From Alphaproteobacteria bacterium (GTDB taxonomy: Bacteria; Pseudomonadota; Alphaproteobacteria; RF32; CAG-239): a stretch of 64,000 nucleotides of DNA. The stretch covers positions 7,227 to 71,226 of the forward strand of contig JAZLAM010000022.1 in NCBI GenBank assembly GCA_045613125.1, read 5' to 3'. A program made the translations under genes and the position numbers. The notes under the pieces are model-generated. The model did no database searches and was not told the origin of the DNA. It saw only the letters and a list, made by a program, of their open reading frames with translations. Shown one piece after another: positions 9,950 to 20,090 of the stretch (the first letter of the stretch is position 1; every line of letters starts with the position of its first letter).

Positions 9950-11077
9950 TTGTTTGCTATTTCCAGATTAAACAAAAGTCGTTTAGCAAATTGGTGGTGG
10001 ACTGTTGATAAAGTTACATTAGGTATGGTTTTAGGCCTAATGTTTATAGGTCTGTTTTTAGTTTTTTCTGCAAGTCCTCCTGTTGCCAGAACTATTCATA
10101 AGCCGGATTACCACTTCATAATAAAGCAAATTCCTTTTGTAATTATGTCCGTTGGTATTATAATTTTTTTATCAATATTAAGATTAAAGACAATAAGAAG
10201 ACTAGCTATTTTAGGTTATGTAGGGGCTCTAATTTTAACATTAGCCACAATTTTTATCGGGTTTGAAGCGAAAGGTTCTTCAAGATGGATATCTTTGTTC
10301 GGAATTTCTATTCAACCTTCAGAATTTCTGAAGCCAACTTTTGTGGTTGTTTCAGCATGGCTTTTAGAAGGCAGTAAAAAATGTGAAGAATTTCCCGGCA
10401 GATTACTTGCTTTTGGGCTATACATCATTACAGCTACCATATTATGGTTGCAACCTGATATAGGCATGACCATAGTTATTACCGGAGTTTGTTTTTTTCA
10501 GCTGTTTTTATCAGGTATCCCTATATTATGGTTTGCAGGATTAATCTTACTGTGTATATTGGGGGCAATTGGTGCTTACTTTACCTTCGATCACATACAC
10601 ACCAGAGTTAATGCATTTTTATCCTCAGGAGACAACTTACCTGAACAAGTTGCTAGATCATTAAAAGCTTTTGAAAACGGCAACTTATTAGGAAAAGGTC
10701 CGGGAGAAGGTGTTGTAAAATTACATTTACCTGATGCTCATACTGATTTTATTTTCGCAGTTGCGGGAGAAGAATTTGGTATTTTGTTATGTTCGATTAT
10801 AGTTTTGCTTTTCGGGACAATTGTCATCAGATCATTGTTCTTATCTATGAAAGATAACAACCTGTTTATCATATATGCATCTGCAGGACTAGCAGCTTCT
10901 TTTGGCGCTCAAAGTATAATAAATATGGCATCTACATTACACCTTATGCCAACAAAAGGAATGACTCTACCATTTATATCATATGGTGGCTCATCAATTT
11001 TAGCCTCTGCAATTTGCATCGGAATGCTACTGGCAATAACACGTAAAAATTCATCGGCAGAAGATAAAGATATATAA
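9950..11077 (+). CDS. ftsW: Cell division protein FtsW (SEDS family)
   Basis: SEDS-family membrane protein (QPSEFLKP, TDFIFAVAGEEFG). Starts with TTG, with AAGGAG upstream. Confidence 0.8.
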   Translation: MFAISRLNKSRLANWWWTVDKVTLGMVLGLMFIGLFLVFSASPPVARTIHKPDYHFIIKQIPFVIMSVGIIIFLSILRLKTIRRLAILGYVGALILTLATIFIGFEAKGSSRWISLFGISIQPSEFLKPTFVVVSAWLLEGSKKCEEFPGRLLAFGLYIITATILWLQPDIGMTIVITGVCFFQLFLSGIPILWFAGLILLCILGAIGAYFTFDHIHTRVNAFLSSGDNLPEQVARSLKAFENGNLLGKGPGEGVVKLHLPDAHTDFIFAVAGEEFGILLCSIIVLLFGTIVIRSLFLSMKDNNLFIIYASAGLAASFGAQSIINMASTLHLMPTKGMTLPFISYGGSSILASAICIGMLLAITRKNSSAEDKDI

Positions 11078-11090
11078 AAGTGAGATAAAT

Positions 11091-12014
11091 ATGTTTAACA
11101 GATTAAAAAAAAGCCCCCTTATTGAAATGTTACCCACAGTTAAAGGTAAATATTTAAAAGACGTAAATTTAAGTAAACACACTTGGTTTGGCGTAGGTGG
11201 ACCGGCTGAAGTGATGTTTATACCGCATGATTTAGACGATTTATGCCATTTTTTAAGGTCTAAGCCACATAATATCCCTATATGTATGATAGGAGGAGGT
11301 TCCAATCTGTTAATTAGAGACGGAGGCATCCCGGGAGTTGTGATAAAATTAGATAGTCCGTTTTTTAGACGCATAGAACTTCATACTCATTCAATCACCT
11401 GTTATGCCGGATTAAAAAATGTAGAAATAAAAAAAGTTTTGCTAGATAACAATATGGGAGGTTTAGAATTTTTATGTTCCATCCCCGGTTGCATAGGTGG
11501 ATCCATAAAAACTAATGCCGGTTGTTTTGGAAAATGTATTAAAGATGTTTTGATATGCGCAACAATTGTAGACGGACTTGGTCAAATTAAAGAAATCACA
11601 CCTGATGACTTGCAATTATCATATCGTAACAGTTTTTTTCCGGACGACTGGATTGTTGTGGCAATCACTCTTAAAACCGAACAATCTTCCAAAGAAGAAA
11701 TTACAGCAATTTTAGAAGAACATAAAACTTATCGTATAAAAAATCAACCATACAACACAAGAACAGCGGGATCAACGTTTAAGAATCCTGACGGATTAAA
11801 AGCATGGGAACTGATTCAAAAATCAGGATGTGCTAACTTGCAAGTAGGAGGAGCAAAAGTTTCAGAAAAACATTGCAATTTTTTAATCAATACAGGCACG
11901 GCAACTGCAGCAGATATTGAAAAATTAGGTGAAACCATAATTAAAAAAGTTAAAGAAAAAACTTCCATAACTTTAGAATGGGAAATAAAACGTATGGGAA
12001 TTTCCGATAAATGA
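11091..12014 (+). CDS. murB: UDP-N-acetylenolpyruvoylglucosamine reductase
   Basis: FAD-binding domain and the MurB C-terminal motif (AGSTFKNP...CNFLIN). Confidence 0.85.
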   Translation: MFNRLKKSPLIEMLPTVKGKYLKDVNLSKHTWFGVGGPAEVMFIPHDLDDLCHFLRSKPHNIPICMIGGGSNLLIRDGGIPGVVIKLDSPFFRRIELHTHSITCYAGLKNVEIKKVLLDNNMGGLEFLCSIPGCIGGSIKTNAGCFGKCIKDVLICATIVDGLGQIKEITPDDLQLSYRNSFFPDDWIVVAITLKTEQSSKEEITAILEEHKTYRIKNQPYNTRTAGSTFKNPDGLKAWELIQKSGCANLQVGGAKVSEKHCNFLINTGTATAADIEKLGETIIKKVKEKTSITLEWEIKRMGISDK

Positions 12015-12862
12015 TGCTAAAAAGTATGATAAATCCATCTAAAAACAAACTTAATGAAAAGCCATTGCAAGCACACAATCGCGTATCATTGCCAATTGAG
12101 GCTCCTTTTCGCTTTTTAGGTTTATTTTTGATTCTACTTTTTATTGCATCTGTCAGCATGACTATCATCACCATAAGAGATAGCTTGATTGATAAAAAAA
12201 TGACAAAGATACTAAATAACTTTTACGAATATAGCTTAAACTATGGTTTTGCTATCGACGATATCATTATTGAGGGACGAGAAAAAACCAAAAAAGAAGA
12301 TTTAATTGAAAAAATAGGGCTAACTCGAGATAACAACATATTAGATACAGATTTACATAAAATCAAAAAAAACATAGAAGAACTTCCTTGGATTGAAACA
12401 GCTGATGTTAAGCGCACATATTTTCCAAACACTCTTCAAATCAAATTATATGAAAAAGATGTTTTAGCATTATGGCAAAACGAAGGAAAATTTCATCCTT
12501 TAGATATGAAAGGTAAAATTATTGATGCAGAATATATTGCTCATAAACCAATTCTGGTTATAACCGGAGAAAAAGCACCGGAAAACATTCTCAATCTATT
12601 AGATATAACTTCAAAAAATCCGGAATTTCATAAACGTATAGTGGCTGCAGTTTTTTATTCCGGCAGACGTTGGAATCTGATTTTTGATAATTTTGAAAAC
12701 GGTATAACAGTAAAATTGCCACAAAAAAATGTAGAACAAGCTTGGAAGAAATTTGTTAAAATAAACAATCAGTATGCTGTTCTTAATCGTAAATTAACCT
12801 TCATAGATTTAAGATATAAAGATAAAGTAAGCGTAACATTGAGCAACGCAGAAGATAATTAA
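12011..12862 (+). CDS. ftsQ: Cell division protein FtsQ
   Basis: Single-TM protein with a POTRA/FtsQ-like domain. ATGA-overlapped with murB and located upstream of ftsA. Confidence 0.7.
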   Translation: MMLKSMINPSKNKLNEKPLQAHNRVSLPIEAPFRFLGLFLILLFIASVSMTIITIRDSLIDKKMTKILNNFYEYSLNYGFAIDDIIIEGREKTKKEDLIEKIGLTRDNNILDTDLHKIKKNIEELPWIETADVKRTYFPNTLQIKLYEKDVLALWQNEGKFHPLDMKGKIIDAEYIAHKPILVITGEKAPENILNLLDITSKNPEFHKRIVAAVFYSGRRWNLIFDNFENGITVKLPQKNVEQAWKKFVKINNQYAVLNRKLTFIDLRYKDKVSVTLSNAEDN

Positions 12863-12893
12863 CTTAATAATATAAATATAGGGAAAGTTTATC

Positions 12894-14150
12894 GTGAATC
12901 GGCCTTTTGTAAAGCCTTCTACTTTAGCAACTTTGGATATTGGATCATCCAAAGTAAGCTGTATTATAGCTCATATTAGTGGTCGTGATAAAAAAATAGA
13001 AATAGTCGGATACGGCTACAATGCTTCAAAAGGTATAAAAAACGGCATTGTTACCGATATCAATCAGGCAACATTATCAATTTGTAATGCTGTTGAGGCA
13101 GCTGAACAAATGGCAAATGAACGTATCAGTCGTGTTATCATTAATATTTCGGGAGACAAAACTCGCAATTTGATACGAAACACGTCAATCTCGTTACACA
13201 AAAATCGTCCGATTTCTGAAATTGATATTGAAAAAATAATCAATAAAAGCAACTCAAAAATAAAGGTTACAGATAACGAGATTATACATTGTTTACCCAC
13301 GCATTATAGGATTGATAACGGTGAAATTTTAAAAGACCCTCGAAATATTTATGGTGAAACTTTAAGTCTTGATTTATTACTTGGCTTTTATCCTGAAATG
13401 CTTTACAAAAATTTAGCTGCGGTGATTGAAAATGCTCATCTTGAAATTGAGGGCAAGGTTTTCTCTGCTTATGCATCAGCACAAGCGTGCTTAGTAGAAG
13501 ATGAAAAAGAACTTGGAGCCACCCTTGTTGATATCGGAGGAGGAACTACAAGTATTGTAACTTATAAAAATGGTTTTCCCACACATTTTTCAACAATTCC
13601 TGTCGGAGGCAATAACATAACAAATGATATTGCATGGGGTTTAACCACATCGTCATTACATGCTGAAGATTTAAAAATCAGACACGGTTGTGCCTTTTTA
13701 ATCAGCCAAGACAAAACTGAAAGCATTAATGTTTATCCGGTTGGAGAAGAAGATGATAATTCAATCAAACAGATACACAAGTCTGATTTAATAAATATAA
13801 TATCTCCTCGTGTTGAAGAAATTTTTGAAATGGTCAGTAAAAAACTTGCCGAACACGGATTAAAAGATGTTTCTTCACACAGAGTTGTTTTAACCGGAGG
13901 CTGTTCACAATTGGCCGGCATCAGAGATGTCGCAGCACTTATTTTGGATAAACAAGTACGTTTAGGCGTTACTCGCAATATTCCGAACATTCCAAAAGAA
14001 TTATATTCTCCAATTTTTTCGACATCACTTGGCATGATTTTATTTGCACTTAACTATAAAGAACGCAAACCACATAATGTTATCACACGTTCCAGCATGG
14101 AAGTTGGCGGAATTAGTAAAATTATGAGTTGGCTTAAACAAAACTTTTAA
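12894..14150 (+). CDS. ftsA: Cell division protein FtsA
   Basis: Actin-like ATPase motifs (LDIGSSKVS, DIGGGTTSI). GTG start with GGGAAAG upstream. Confidence 0.85.
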   Translation: MNRPFVKPSTLATLDIGSSKVSCIIAHISGRDKKIEIVGYGYNASKGIKNGIVTDINQATLSICNAVEAAEQMANERISRVIINISGDKTRNLIRNTSISLHKNRPISEIDIEKIINKSNSKIKVTDNEIIHCLPTHYRIDNGEILKDPRNIYGETLSLDLLLGFYPEMLYKNLAAVIENAHLEIEGKVFSAYASAQACLVEDEKELGATLVDIGGGTTSIVTYKNGFPTHFSTIPVGGNNITNDIAWGLTTSSLHAEDLKIRHGCAFLISQDKTESINVYPVGEEDDNSIKQIHKSDLINIISPRVEEIFEMVSKKLAEHGLKDVSSHRVVLTGGCSQLAGIRDVAALILDKQVRLGVTRNIPNIPKELYSPIFSTSLGMILFALNYKERKPHNVITRSSMEVGGISKIMSWLKQNF

Positions 14151-14254
14151 GAAAAATCATTATAAGAATAGTTATTTAGTAACTAAAACTTAATTTATTT
14201 TTTATATCTTTAATGCAATAGATAAACATTTGTTATAATAGGAGCTCTCAAAAA

Positions 14255-16000
14255 ATGTCTATAAATTTAGCAGTGGCAGATACAAACATTACTCACTTAA
14301 AACCACGCATAAGTGTAATTGGCGTTGGTGGTGGTGGCGGAAATGCCGTAAACAATATGATTTCAAAAAATCTCGAAGGTGTTGATTTTATCGTAGCCAA
14401 CACAGATTCTCAGGCTTTAACACACTCTTTAGCAAGTAAAAAAATTCAACTCGGACTTGAAATTACTCAAGGTTTAGGAGCCGGTGCTCGTCCGGAAATC
14501 GGAAAACTTGCTGCGGAAGAAGCCAGAAGCGAAATTGAAAAAGAACTAGAAGGCGCAAATATGGTCTTCATCACAGCCGGAATGGGCGGAGGAACAGGTT
14601 CTGGTGCTGCTCCGGTTGTGGCAAAAATTGCAAAAGAAAAAGGCGTTTTAACTGTGGGTGTTGTTACAAAGCCATTCTCTTTTGAAGGTAAGAAAAGAAT
14701 GGAAATAGCTGAAAATGCTTTAACAGAATTTACCAATGAAGTTGACAGTATTATAGTTATCCCAAACCAAAATTTATTCCGTATTGCCGATAAAAACACC
14801 ACATTAGCCGAAGCTTTTATTATGGCTGATGATGTATTATATTCCGGCGTTCGTTCAATTACAGATTTGATGATGATGCCGGGACTAATTAATTTAGATT
14901 TTGCTGATATCAAAAGCATTATGGAAGACAAAGGTAAAGCCATCATGGGCACCGGTGAAGCAGAAGGAGAAAACAGAGCTCGTATTGCTGCCGAACAAGC
15001 ACTTTCAAACCCGCTTTTGGACGATTGTTCAATGAAAGGAGCCAAAGGGGTCTTAATTAATATTACCGGCGGAAATGATATGACTTTGATGGAAATTGAT
15101 GAAGCAGCAAACATCATCAAAGAAGAAGTTGATGAAGACGCAAACATCATTTTTGGTTCAAGTTTTGACAACTCCTTAGGCGGAAAGATCAGAGTTTCTA
15201 TTGTTGTTACGGGAATTGAAAACAAAACAGGCTTCAAGGTTGCTTCAAGACAATCTGAAATAACATCATACATTGATGAAAGTTATGCAACTCCAACAGA
15301 TAATTTGATAGTTTCTTTAAACGAAGAAAACGCTGTTAAAACAATCACAAAGAACCTTCCGAACGCAGAAACTGATGATAAAACAATCGTTGAAGAAAAC
15401 ATTATTCCGACAGAATCTGATGCGGATTTAGACAACGACGAAGGATCTATTGATTTTTTGCCTCAAGAAACCGCTGAATTTGCTGCTTATTCCGATACAG
15501 AATATACCAAAGATAGCATCAATGATGTAGAAAGCTTTGATGATTTGGAAAAATCAATTGCAATATCTGATGTTCCTCAAGCAACAGCATTGTTTAATGC
15601 AATTATAAATAAACAGCCTACTACAGATAACAAAGAGGAAATTGAACCAGAAGCAGATTTAGATAGTTTTATTTTAGAAGATAAAGATATCTTTACACCA
15701 AAAACATCAATAAACATCATTGAAGAAGAGCCAGAATTGTTTCCTGAACAAGATAGTTTGATTTTTGACGGCTCAGAGCCTGTTAAAGAAGAAATCATTA
15801 TTGAGCCTGAAGAAAAAAAATTGAGCTTTATTGATAAGGTATTAGGCTTATCTCACGCCAGAAAGAATCGTAAAGAACAAATCAATGTTTCAGAAACTCA
15901 GGCACCACAGATGATATCTGAACCTATTGAAGATATCAGATTTTCAGTAGATGATGATAATGATAATTTGGATATTCCAACATTTTTAAGAAAAAAATAA
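14255..16000 (+). CDS. ftsZ: Cell division protein FtsZ with a long acidic C-terminal linker
   Basis: [13 protein letters not shown] tubulin signature. A ~250-aa Asp/Glu-rich linker ends in a conserved C-terminal peptide (DIPTFLRKK). This architecture is alphaproteobacteria-like. Confidence 0.95.
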   Translation: MSINLAVADTNITHLKPRISVIGVGGGGGNAVNNMISKNLEGVDFIVANTDSQALTHSLASKKIQLGLEITQGLGAGARPEIGKLAAEEARSEIEKELEGANMVFITAGMGGGTGSGAAPVVAKIAKEKGVLTVGVVTKPFSFEGKKRMEIAENALTEFTNEVDSIIVIPNQNLFRIADKNTTLAEAFIMADDVLYSGVRSITDLMMMPGLINLDFADIKSIMEDKGKAIMGTGEAEGENRARIAAEQALSNPLLDDCSMKGAKGVLINITGGNDMTLMEIDEAANIIKEEVDEDANIIFGSSFDNSLGGKIRVSIVVTGIENKTGFKVASRQSEITSYIDESYATPTDNLIVSLNEENAVKTITKNLPNAETDDKTIVEENIIPTESDADLDNDEGSIDFLPQETAEFAAYSDTEYTKDSINDVESFDDLEKSIAISDVPQATALFNAIINKQPTTDNKEEIEPEADLDSFILEDKDIFTPKTSINIIEEEPELFPEQDSLIFDGSEPVKEEIIIEPEEKKLSFIDKVLGLSHARKNRKEQINVSETQAPQMISEPIEDIRFSVDDDNDNLDIPTFLRKK

Positions 16001-16021
16001 AATATGTCTTATAAAGTGCCA

Positions 16022-16058
16022 TACCCTGCTTTTTTATAGCAGGGTATTTTTTTGCTTG
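16022..16058 (+). terminator. ftsZ terminator
   Basis: Hairpin ataccctgc...gcagggtat followed by a T-run. Confidence 0.6.
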
Positions 16059-16094
16059 CACGTCCTATACCATCACACCTATTTGTGAGTGAAA

Positions 16095-16410
16095 CGAACA
16101 TCCATAACTGTCATCGCTCGATTGCAATAAGCAATCGTCAAGCGATCTTCAAATTAGTAATTAATCGGAAGATATTTTAAACTGTCACTCCTCCGAGCAA
16201 AGACACTTTTACTGTCACACCTCCGAACGAAGTGAGGTCAAGGGGTCTTCAAATTAGTAATTAATCGGAAAATATTTTAAACTGTCACCCCTCGTTTTTG
16301 TTAAGAAAACGTCAAGGGGGCTTCAAATCAGTAATTAATCGGAAGATGCCTTGACCAAACCTTACGGTTTGGAGGCATGACAATATTATATTTCCTTGCG
16401 GAAACGAACG
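16095..16410. repeat. Composite array of RPE-like palindromic modules
   Basis: The D module (gtcatcgctcgattgcaataagcaatcgtcaagcgatc) is followed by three copies of cttcaaat(t/c)agtaattaatcggaa(g/a)at interleaved with ttttaaactgtcac(t/c)cctc units. The end (ggaggcatgacaatattatatttccttgcgg) is the reverse complement of the 21.9-kb locus. Confidence 0.75.
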
Positions 16411-16461
16411 ATGACTTTGGTTATTTTTCTTAGCGTTTGGGAAATATGACAAAGGGATAAA

Positions 16462-16489
16462 AAAAGAGGGGAAACCCCTCTTTTTTTTA
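16462..16489. terminator. Bidirectional terminator downstream of the giant pilin-like gene
   Basis: agaggggaaacccctct flanked by an A-run and a T-run. Confidence 0.6.
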
Positions 16490-19400
16490 CCATGGATCGT
16501 TATAATCCAAAGTCGGATCATTCAAACGTTCAATATAACTTTCGTTTGATCCAATCGTTCCGCCATCAGTACTATTATCTCTAGTGTTGTCCTCTCCGGT
16601 CTTAATATATCCTTGTCTAAAGTTATTAAGCTGATCATATTGGTCAACATATCTACTGCTATTGCCAGATTTAAATATATTAGTTCTGTCAAAGTAGCAA
16701 TATACTGTTGCATATGCTTCTATGGTTTTGGTCTGAACCGGGAACACATTCCAGTAATAAGCGTCATCCTGAATACCTTCAGCTCCCAATTTCCCTAAAA
16801 TCTCTTTATATTGGTTTCCCGGATAGACAAAGCCCATAATTGCAGACCAACCGACAAATTTAGAACCATCACACGATCTGTCTTTTGTCTCAGATTCCGG
16901 AGAGTGTTTTTCACAATCCCCTGTATGGCCATCTTCCTGTGGTTGAACCATACCTCTAAGTCTGGTGCTGTGTTGGAAATATAACGGTTTAGGACCATAT
17001 TTTGTACCATCAGAGTCACTATACCCTAAAAAGTATCTAGTCTCTGTTGATAGAGTTCCATCTTGGTTTGTGCCACCGGTTGCTACAGTCATCTGTTTAT
17101 ATTCTGGCTTAGCAATCGCTACTTCAGGATCCAAACCATTTATTCCACCACCAGTTGGGTCAGTAGTAAAACGTTTTTTAACATTACCTGGATTAAACGG
17201 GTGCACTTCCCCCTTACTTGGATCTAGCACATTAATACTGCTTGTTGCTTGAGCCATTTCAAAAGCTGCCGGTGTAAGGGTCATAAGTTTTGCATGCCCA
17301 GGAGGACATTGTGGTGCAGGCACAATTCCTAAAAACGGTGAAGCCCATCTCTTATTGCCTGTAAGGTTAACACCATCCCCATCTTCCACAATATCTTTGA
17401 CACCTTGTGCCGTAACTTGTCTAATACCACCTTTTTCAACTATTTCAGGTGTAATATAGCCGATATCAACATCATCTGCATATGTGTTGGTAACAACATA
17501 TATACCTTTGTTGATAAAGTCTGGCAAAATATCGCTCAAACGAGCTCCGCCTCTGGTTGTCAACTTGATATCATGCATCACAGACGTATACGCCGGATTT
17601 ACCATATAACGATCATAACCTAATTTTGATACCGCTGCATATCCATCGTTCAATCCCATGTTACTAATATGTTCATATACTTTAGCCCTAGCGCCATCTC
17701 CATAATAACTGTTATTACTATAGTCACCTGCATATCTGGGGGTTGCAATTGCGTAATTATCAGGATATTCTTCTATTATAGCATTAGAAACAAAACGGCT
17801 AGCTTCAATGTACCCCATACCGGTGTCTGCGACTTGGTCTCCTTCAATCAAATCTATATCAGGAACCTCTAACTCAATTGCACCACGGCGGATATATACA
17901 CTACCTTTAGTACCTTGAGCTTCTGTAGCATGCGGCCTCGGGTTAGGCCCACCAGATGTGTTTTCCACTTGCGTTAATTCGTCTGTAGAATAATCAACTT
18001 CCAGAATAGGAGTCATAATTTTATTATCTGTTGTGTCGTTCACATGAGAAATTAGCATCTTTTCATGATTAATTTCAACATTTGCCTCAGCATAAGGCAC
18101 ATCATTTTCTGTATTATTAGCATTTGTTCTATTAGGAACAACCTGAAACAATGTTGTTGGTGCCAACGACTGTATCACACCCAAAGAGTTTTGTTGTGTT
18201 GTCACATTCTGCATCACCCTAAAACCATGCGATTTAACTGTAACACTATCTGATTTCATACCAATTTTTTTCGAATCAAGAGTGGTTATTCCACCTTTTG
18301 TGTCAGCATCTATACTCAAAATATTCTTATCTGTACCCTCTGTGTTATCCTCTTGACCATGAATATTAAATTCGTTAGACTTTATATCAGTTGATTTAAC
18401 CCAAGCATCTTTACCAAAAGTGATGTTCTGAGCTGAAATATCAACGGTATTACCAGCTACCACATACTGTCCATCCTCATTTTCTTTAGAATATTGTCCG
18501 GTTAACGTAATTGCCCCATTTTGCAAAGAAACAACACCGTTTTCAGCATCCGTGGTATAAATATTAACAGCCCCACCTTCATTTTTTTCTGTATATATAT
18601 CAACCACATCATCACCTTGCAAAATAGCGTCTGTATCACCTAACTCTAACTTTGTTTTTCCTGTGTAGCCGACAATTCTTGTTTCATCAGGATCAATAAG
18701 CAGTCTATCTCTAGTTCCATCGTTTACTGTAACACCATCCTTGTTTGCTGTTAACCACCAATGGTCGCCTGGTTTACCCGTTCCTGACGAAACTGTAGAA
18801 TGACCGGCTTGCAGAGACTTAATCTTACCTGTTTCAGTACCAATTTGTTTAGCCTCCAAAGCCTCTCCTATATAAGCATCGCCATTAACTTTTAACATCA
18901 CATTGTTCATGTCGGATGAGATAATGTTATGAGTTGTGGTACCTGGAACTTGATCAGTATATCCTACTGATACCGCCTTCTTTAAATCAGACGTTCCGGT
19001 CACCGTAAGGTCAGCGTTTGCTTTTACACCTACACCGTCTTGAACCACAAGAAGTCCATCACTATTACTTTCTGTTGTTACCAATCTCACAACAGTGCTA
19101 GAAGCGTCAACACCGCTTTTTGCCAATTTCACACTGTTACCTGATGCATCAATATAGAATCCATCTTTTCCCGCATAAAAAGACTTACCATCTCCGGTTG
19201 CAACTTTCGTGTCGCCTACAACATCTAAAACGCCACCAATCCAAGCAGATTTTTCTCCAGCAAGCACCAAACCATCTGCTGTAACAGATTCCGGATTCTC
19301 TGTAGCACCTATAATCATCTTACCAACACCTAAGATGCTGCGCATTGACGTATCTGTAATATCACCGCCGGTAACACCACCCATATACAAATCTGCAGTC

Positions 19401-20080
19401 ATGGTGTTACGCCAAATTTCGTTCGGATCATCAGGTTGTGTCCTTTGTAAATATTTTTCATTTTCCAGAGCACCTGATGTTGCAGAGTTGATTGCTTCTG
19501 ACGAAGCTACCATAACAGAACCTTTATCACCGGTAAAACCACTGCTTGATAACTGATCTTTAGACAAGCTCCACACACCACCAACACCTTTTGCATCACC
19601 ACTGCCTGCAACATAACCACCATTACTTCCAACCATCGAAGCAATTCGGGCAGCACGCATTTCACCAATATCGGTTTCTTTAGGAAACTGGATAAACGCC
19701 GTAATAGAATCGGCAGATTTTTGGAGAACAATTTTCGGTTTACCGAAATTTTTCAAATTATCAAAAGAATATCCGTAAGGTAAATATCTTAACAACTCGG
19801 CATTCTCTATCCCAATCTCTTTATGTGCCGTTTCACTTCCAGATAGTTCTTCTTCCAAAATTTTCTGATAGTTAGCTGCCACATAATTATCCACTGCTTT
19901 AGAAAGTGTACGAACATGTGTTGCAGTGTTGATATCTTGCAACTCGCTGGTACGTTCAGCAGATTTTTTATATAAAGTTGGGGTAACTAAAGAAATCAGC
20001 GCCAACATAGCCATTGCCTCGACCATCATAGAACCGCCCTGACTTATCTTTTTTAATATATTTTTACGTATGTCAGTCAT
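16487..20080 (-). CDS. Giant (~1197 aa) pilin-like adhesin with a prepilin (class III) N-terminus and a beta-strand-rich body
   Basis: Start assigned to MTDIRKN, which has AGGAGA 8 nt upstream and overlaps the stop of the upstream gene. The N-terminus KKISQGG|SMMVEAMAMLALISLV has G(-1) and E(+5), like type IV prepilins. The body is Gly/Thr/Ser/Asp-rich and predicted beta-rich. Confidence 0.6.
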   Translation of the reverse strand: MTDIRKNILKKISQGGSMMVEAMAMLALISLVTPTLYKKSAERTSELQDINTATHVRTLSKAVDNYVAANYQKILEEELSGSETAHKEIGIENAELLRYLPYGYSFDNLKNFGKPKIVLQKSADSITAFIQFPKETDIGEMRAARIASMVGSNGGYVAGSGDAKGVGGVWSLSKDQLSSSGFTGDKGSVMVASSEAINSATSGALENEKYLQRTQPDDPNEIWRNTMTADLYMGGVTGGDITDTSMRSILGVGKMIIGATENPESVTADGLVLAGEKSAWIGGVLDVVGDTKVATGDGKSFYAGKDGFYIDASGNSVKLAKSGVDASSTVVRLVTTESNSDGLLVVQDGVGVKANADLTVTGTSDLKKAVSVGYTDQVPGTTTHNIISSDMNNVMLKVNGDAYIGEALEAKQIGTETGKIKSLQAGHSTVSSGTGKPGDHWWLTANKDGVTVNDGTRDRLLIDPDETRIVGYTGKTKLELGDTDAILQGDDVVDIYTEKNEGGAVNIYTTDAENGVVSLQNGAITLTGQYSKENEDGQYVVAGNTVDISAQNITFGKDAWVKSTDIKSNEFNIHGQEDNTEGTDKNILSIDADTKGGITTLDSKKIGMKSDSVTVKSHGFRVMQNVTTQQNSLGVIQSLAPTTLFQVVPNRTNANNTENDVPYAEANVEINHEKMLISHVNDTTDNKIMTPILEVDYSTDELTQVENTSGGPNPRPHATEAQGTKGSVYIRRGAIELEVPDIDLIEGDQVADTGMGYIEASRFVSNAIIEEYPDNYAIATPRYAGDYSNNSYYGDGARAKVYEHISNMGLNDGYAAVSKLGYDRYMVNPAYTSVMHDIKLTTRGGARLSDILPDFINKGIYVVTNTYADDVDIGYITPEIVEKGGIRQVTAQGVKDIVEDGDGVNLTGNKRWASPFLGIVPAPQCPPGHAKLMTLTPAAFEMAQATSSINVLDPSKGEVHPFNPGNVKKRFTTDPTGGGINGLDPEVAIAKPEYKQMTVATGGTNQDGTLSTETRYFLGYSDSDGTKYGPKPLYFQHSTRLRGMVQPQEDGHTGDCEKHSPESETKDRSCDGSKFVGWSAIMGFVYPGNQYKEILGKLGAEGIQDDAYYWNVFPVQTKTIEAYATVYCYFDRTNIFKSGNSSRYVDQYDQLNNFRQGYIKTGEDNTRDNSTDGGTIGSNESYIERLNDPTLDYNDPW

Positions 20081-20090
20081 ATTTTTTCTC

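Noticed and set aside
11051-11374. 107-aa minus-strand ORF overlapping the ftsW/murB junction
   Set aside because: Antisense to two conserved genes. No support.
14467-15273. 268-aa ORF antisense to ftsZ
   Set aside because: Lies entirely inside the well-supported ftsZ CDS. Its Ala/Pro/Ser-rich translation is the typical antisense artefact of the Gly-rich tubulin motifs.
16312-16521. 69-aa ORF in the ftsZ-downstream repeat region
   Set aside because: Falls within RPE-like repeat modules and overlaps a terminator. No RBS. Likely spurious.
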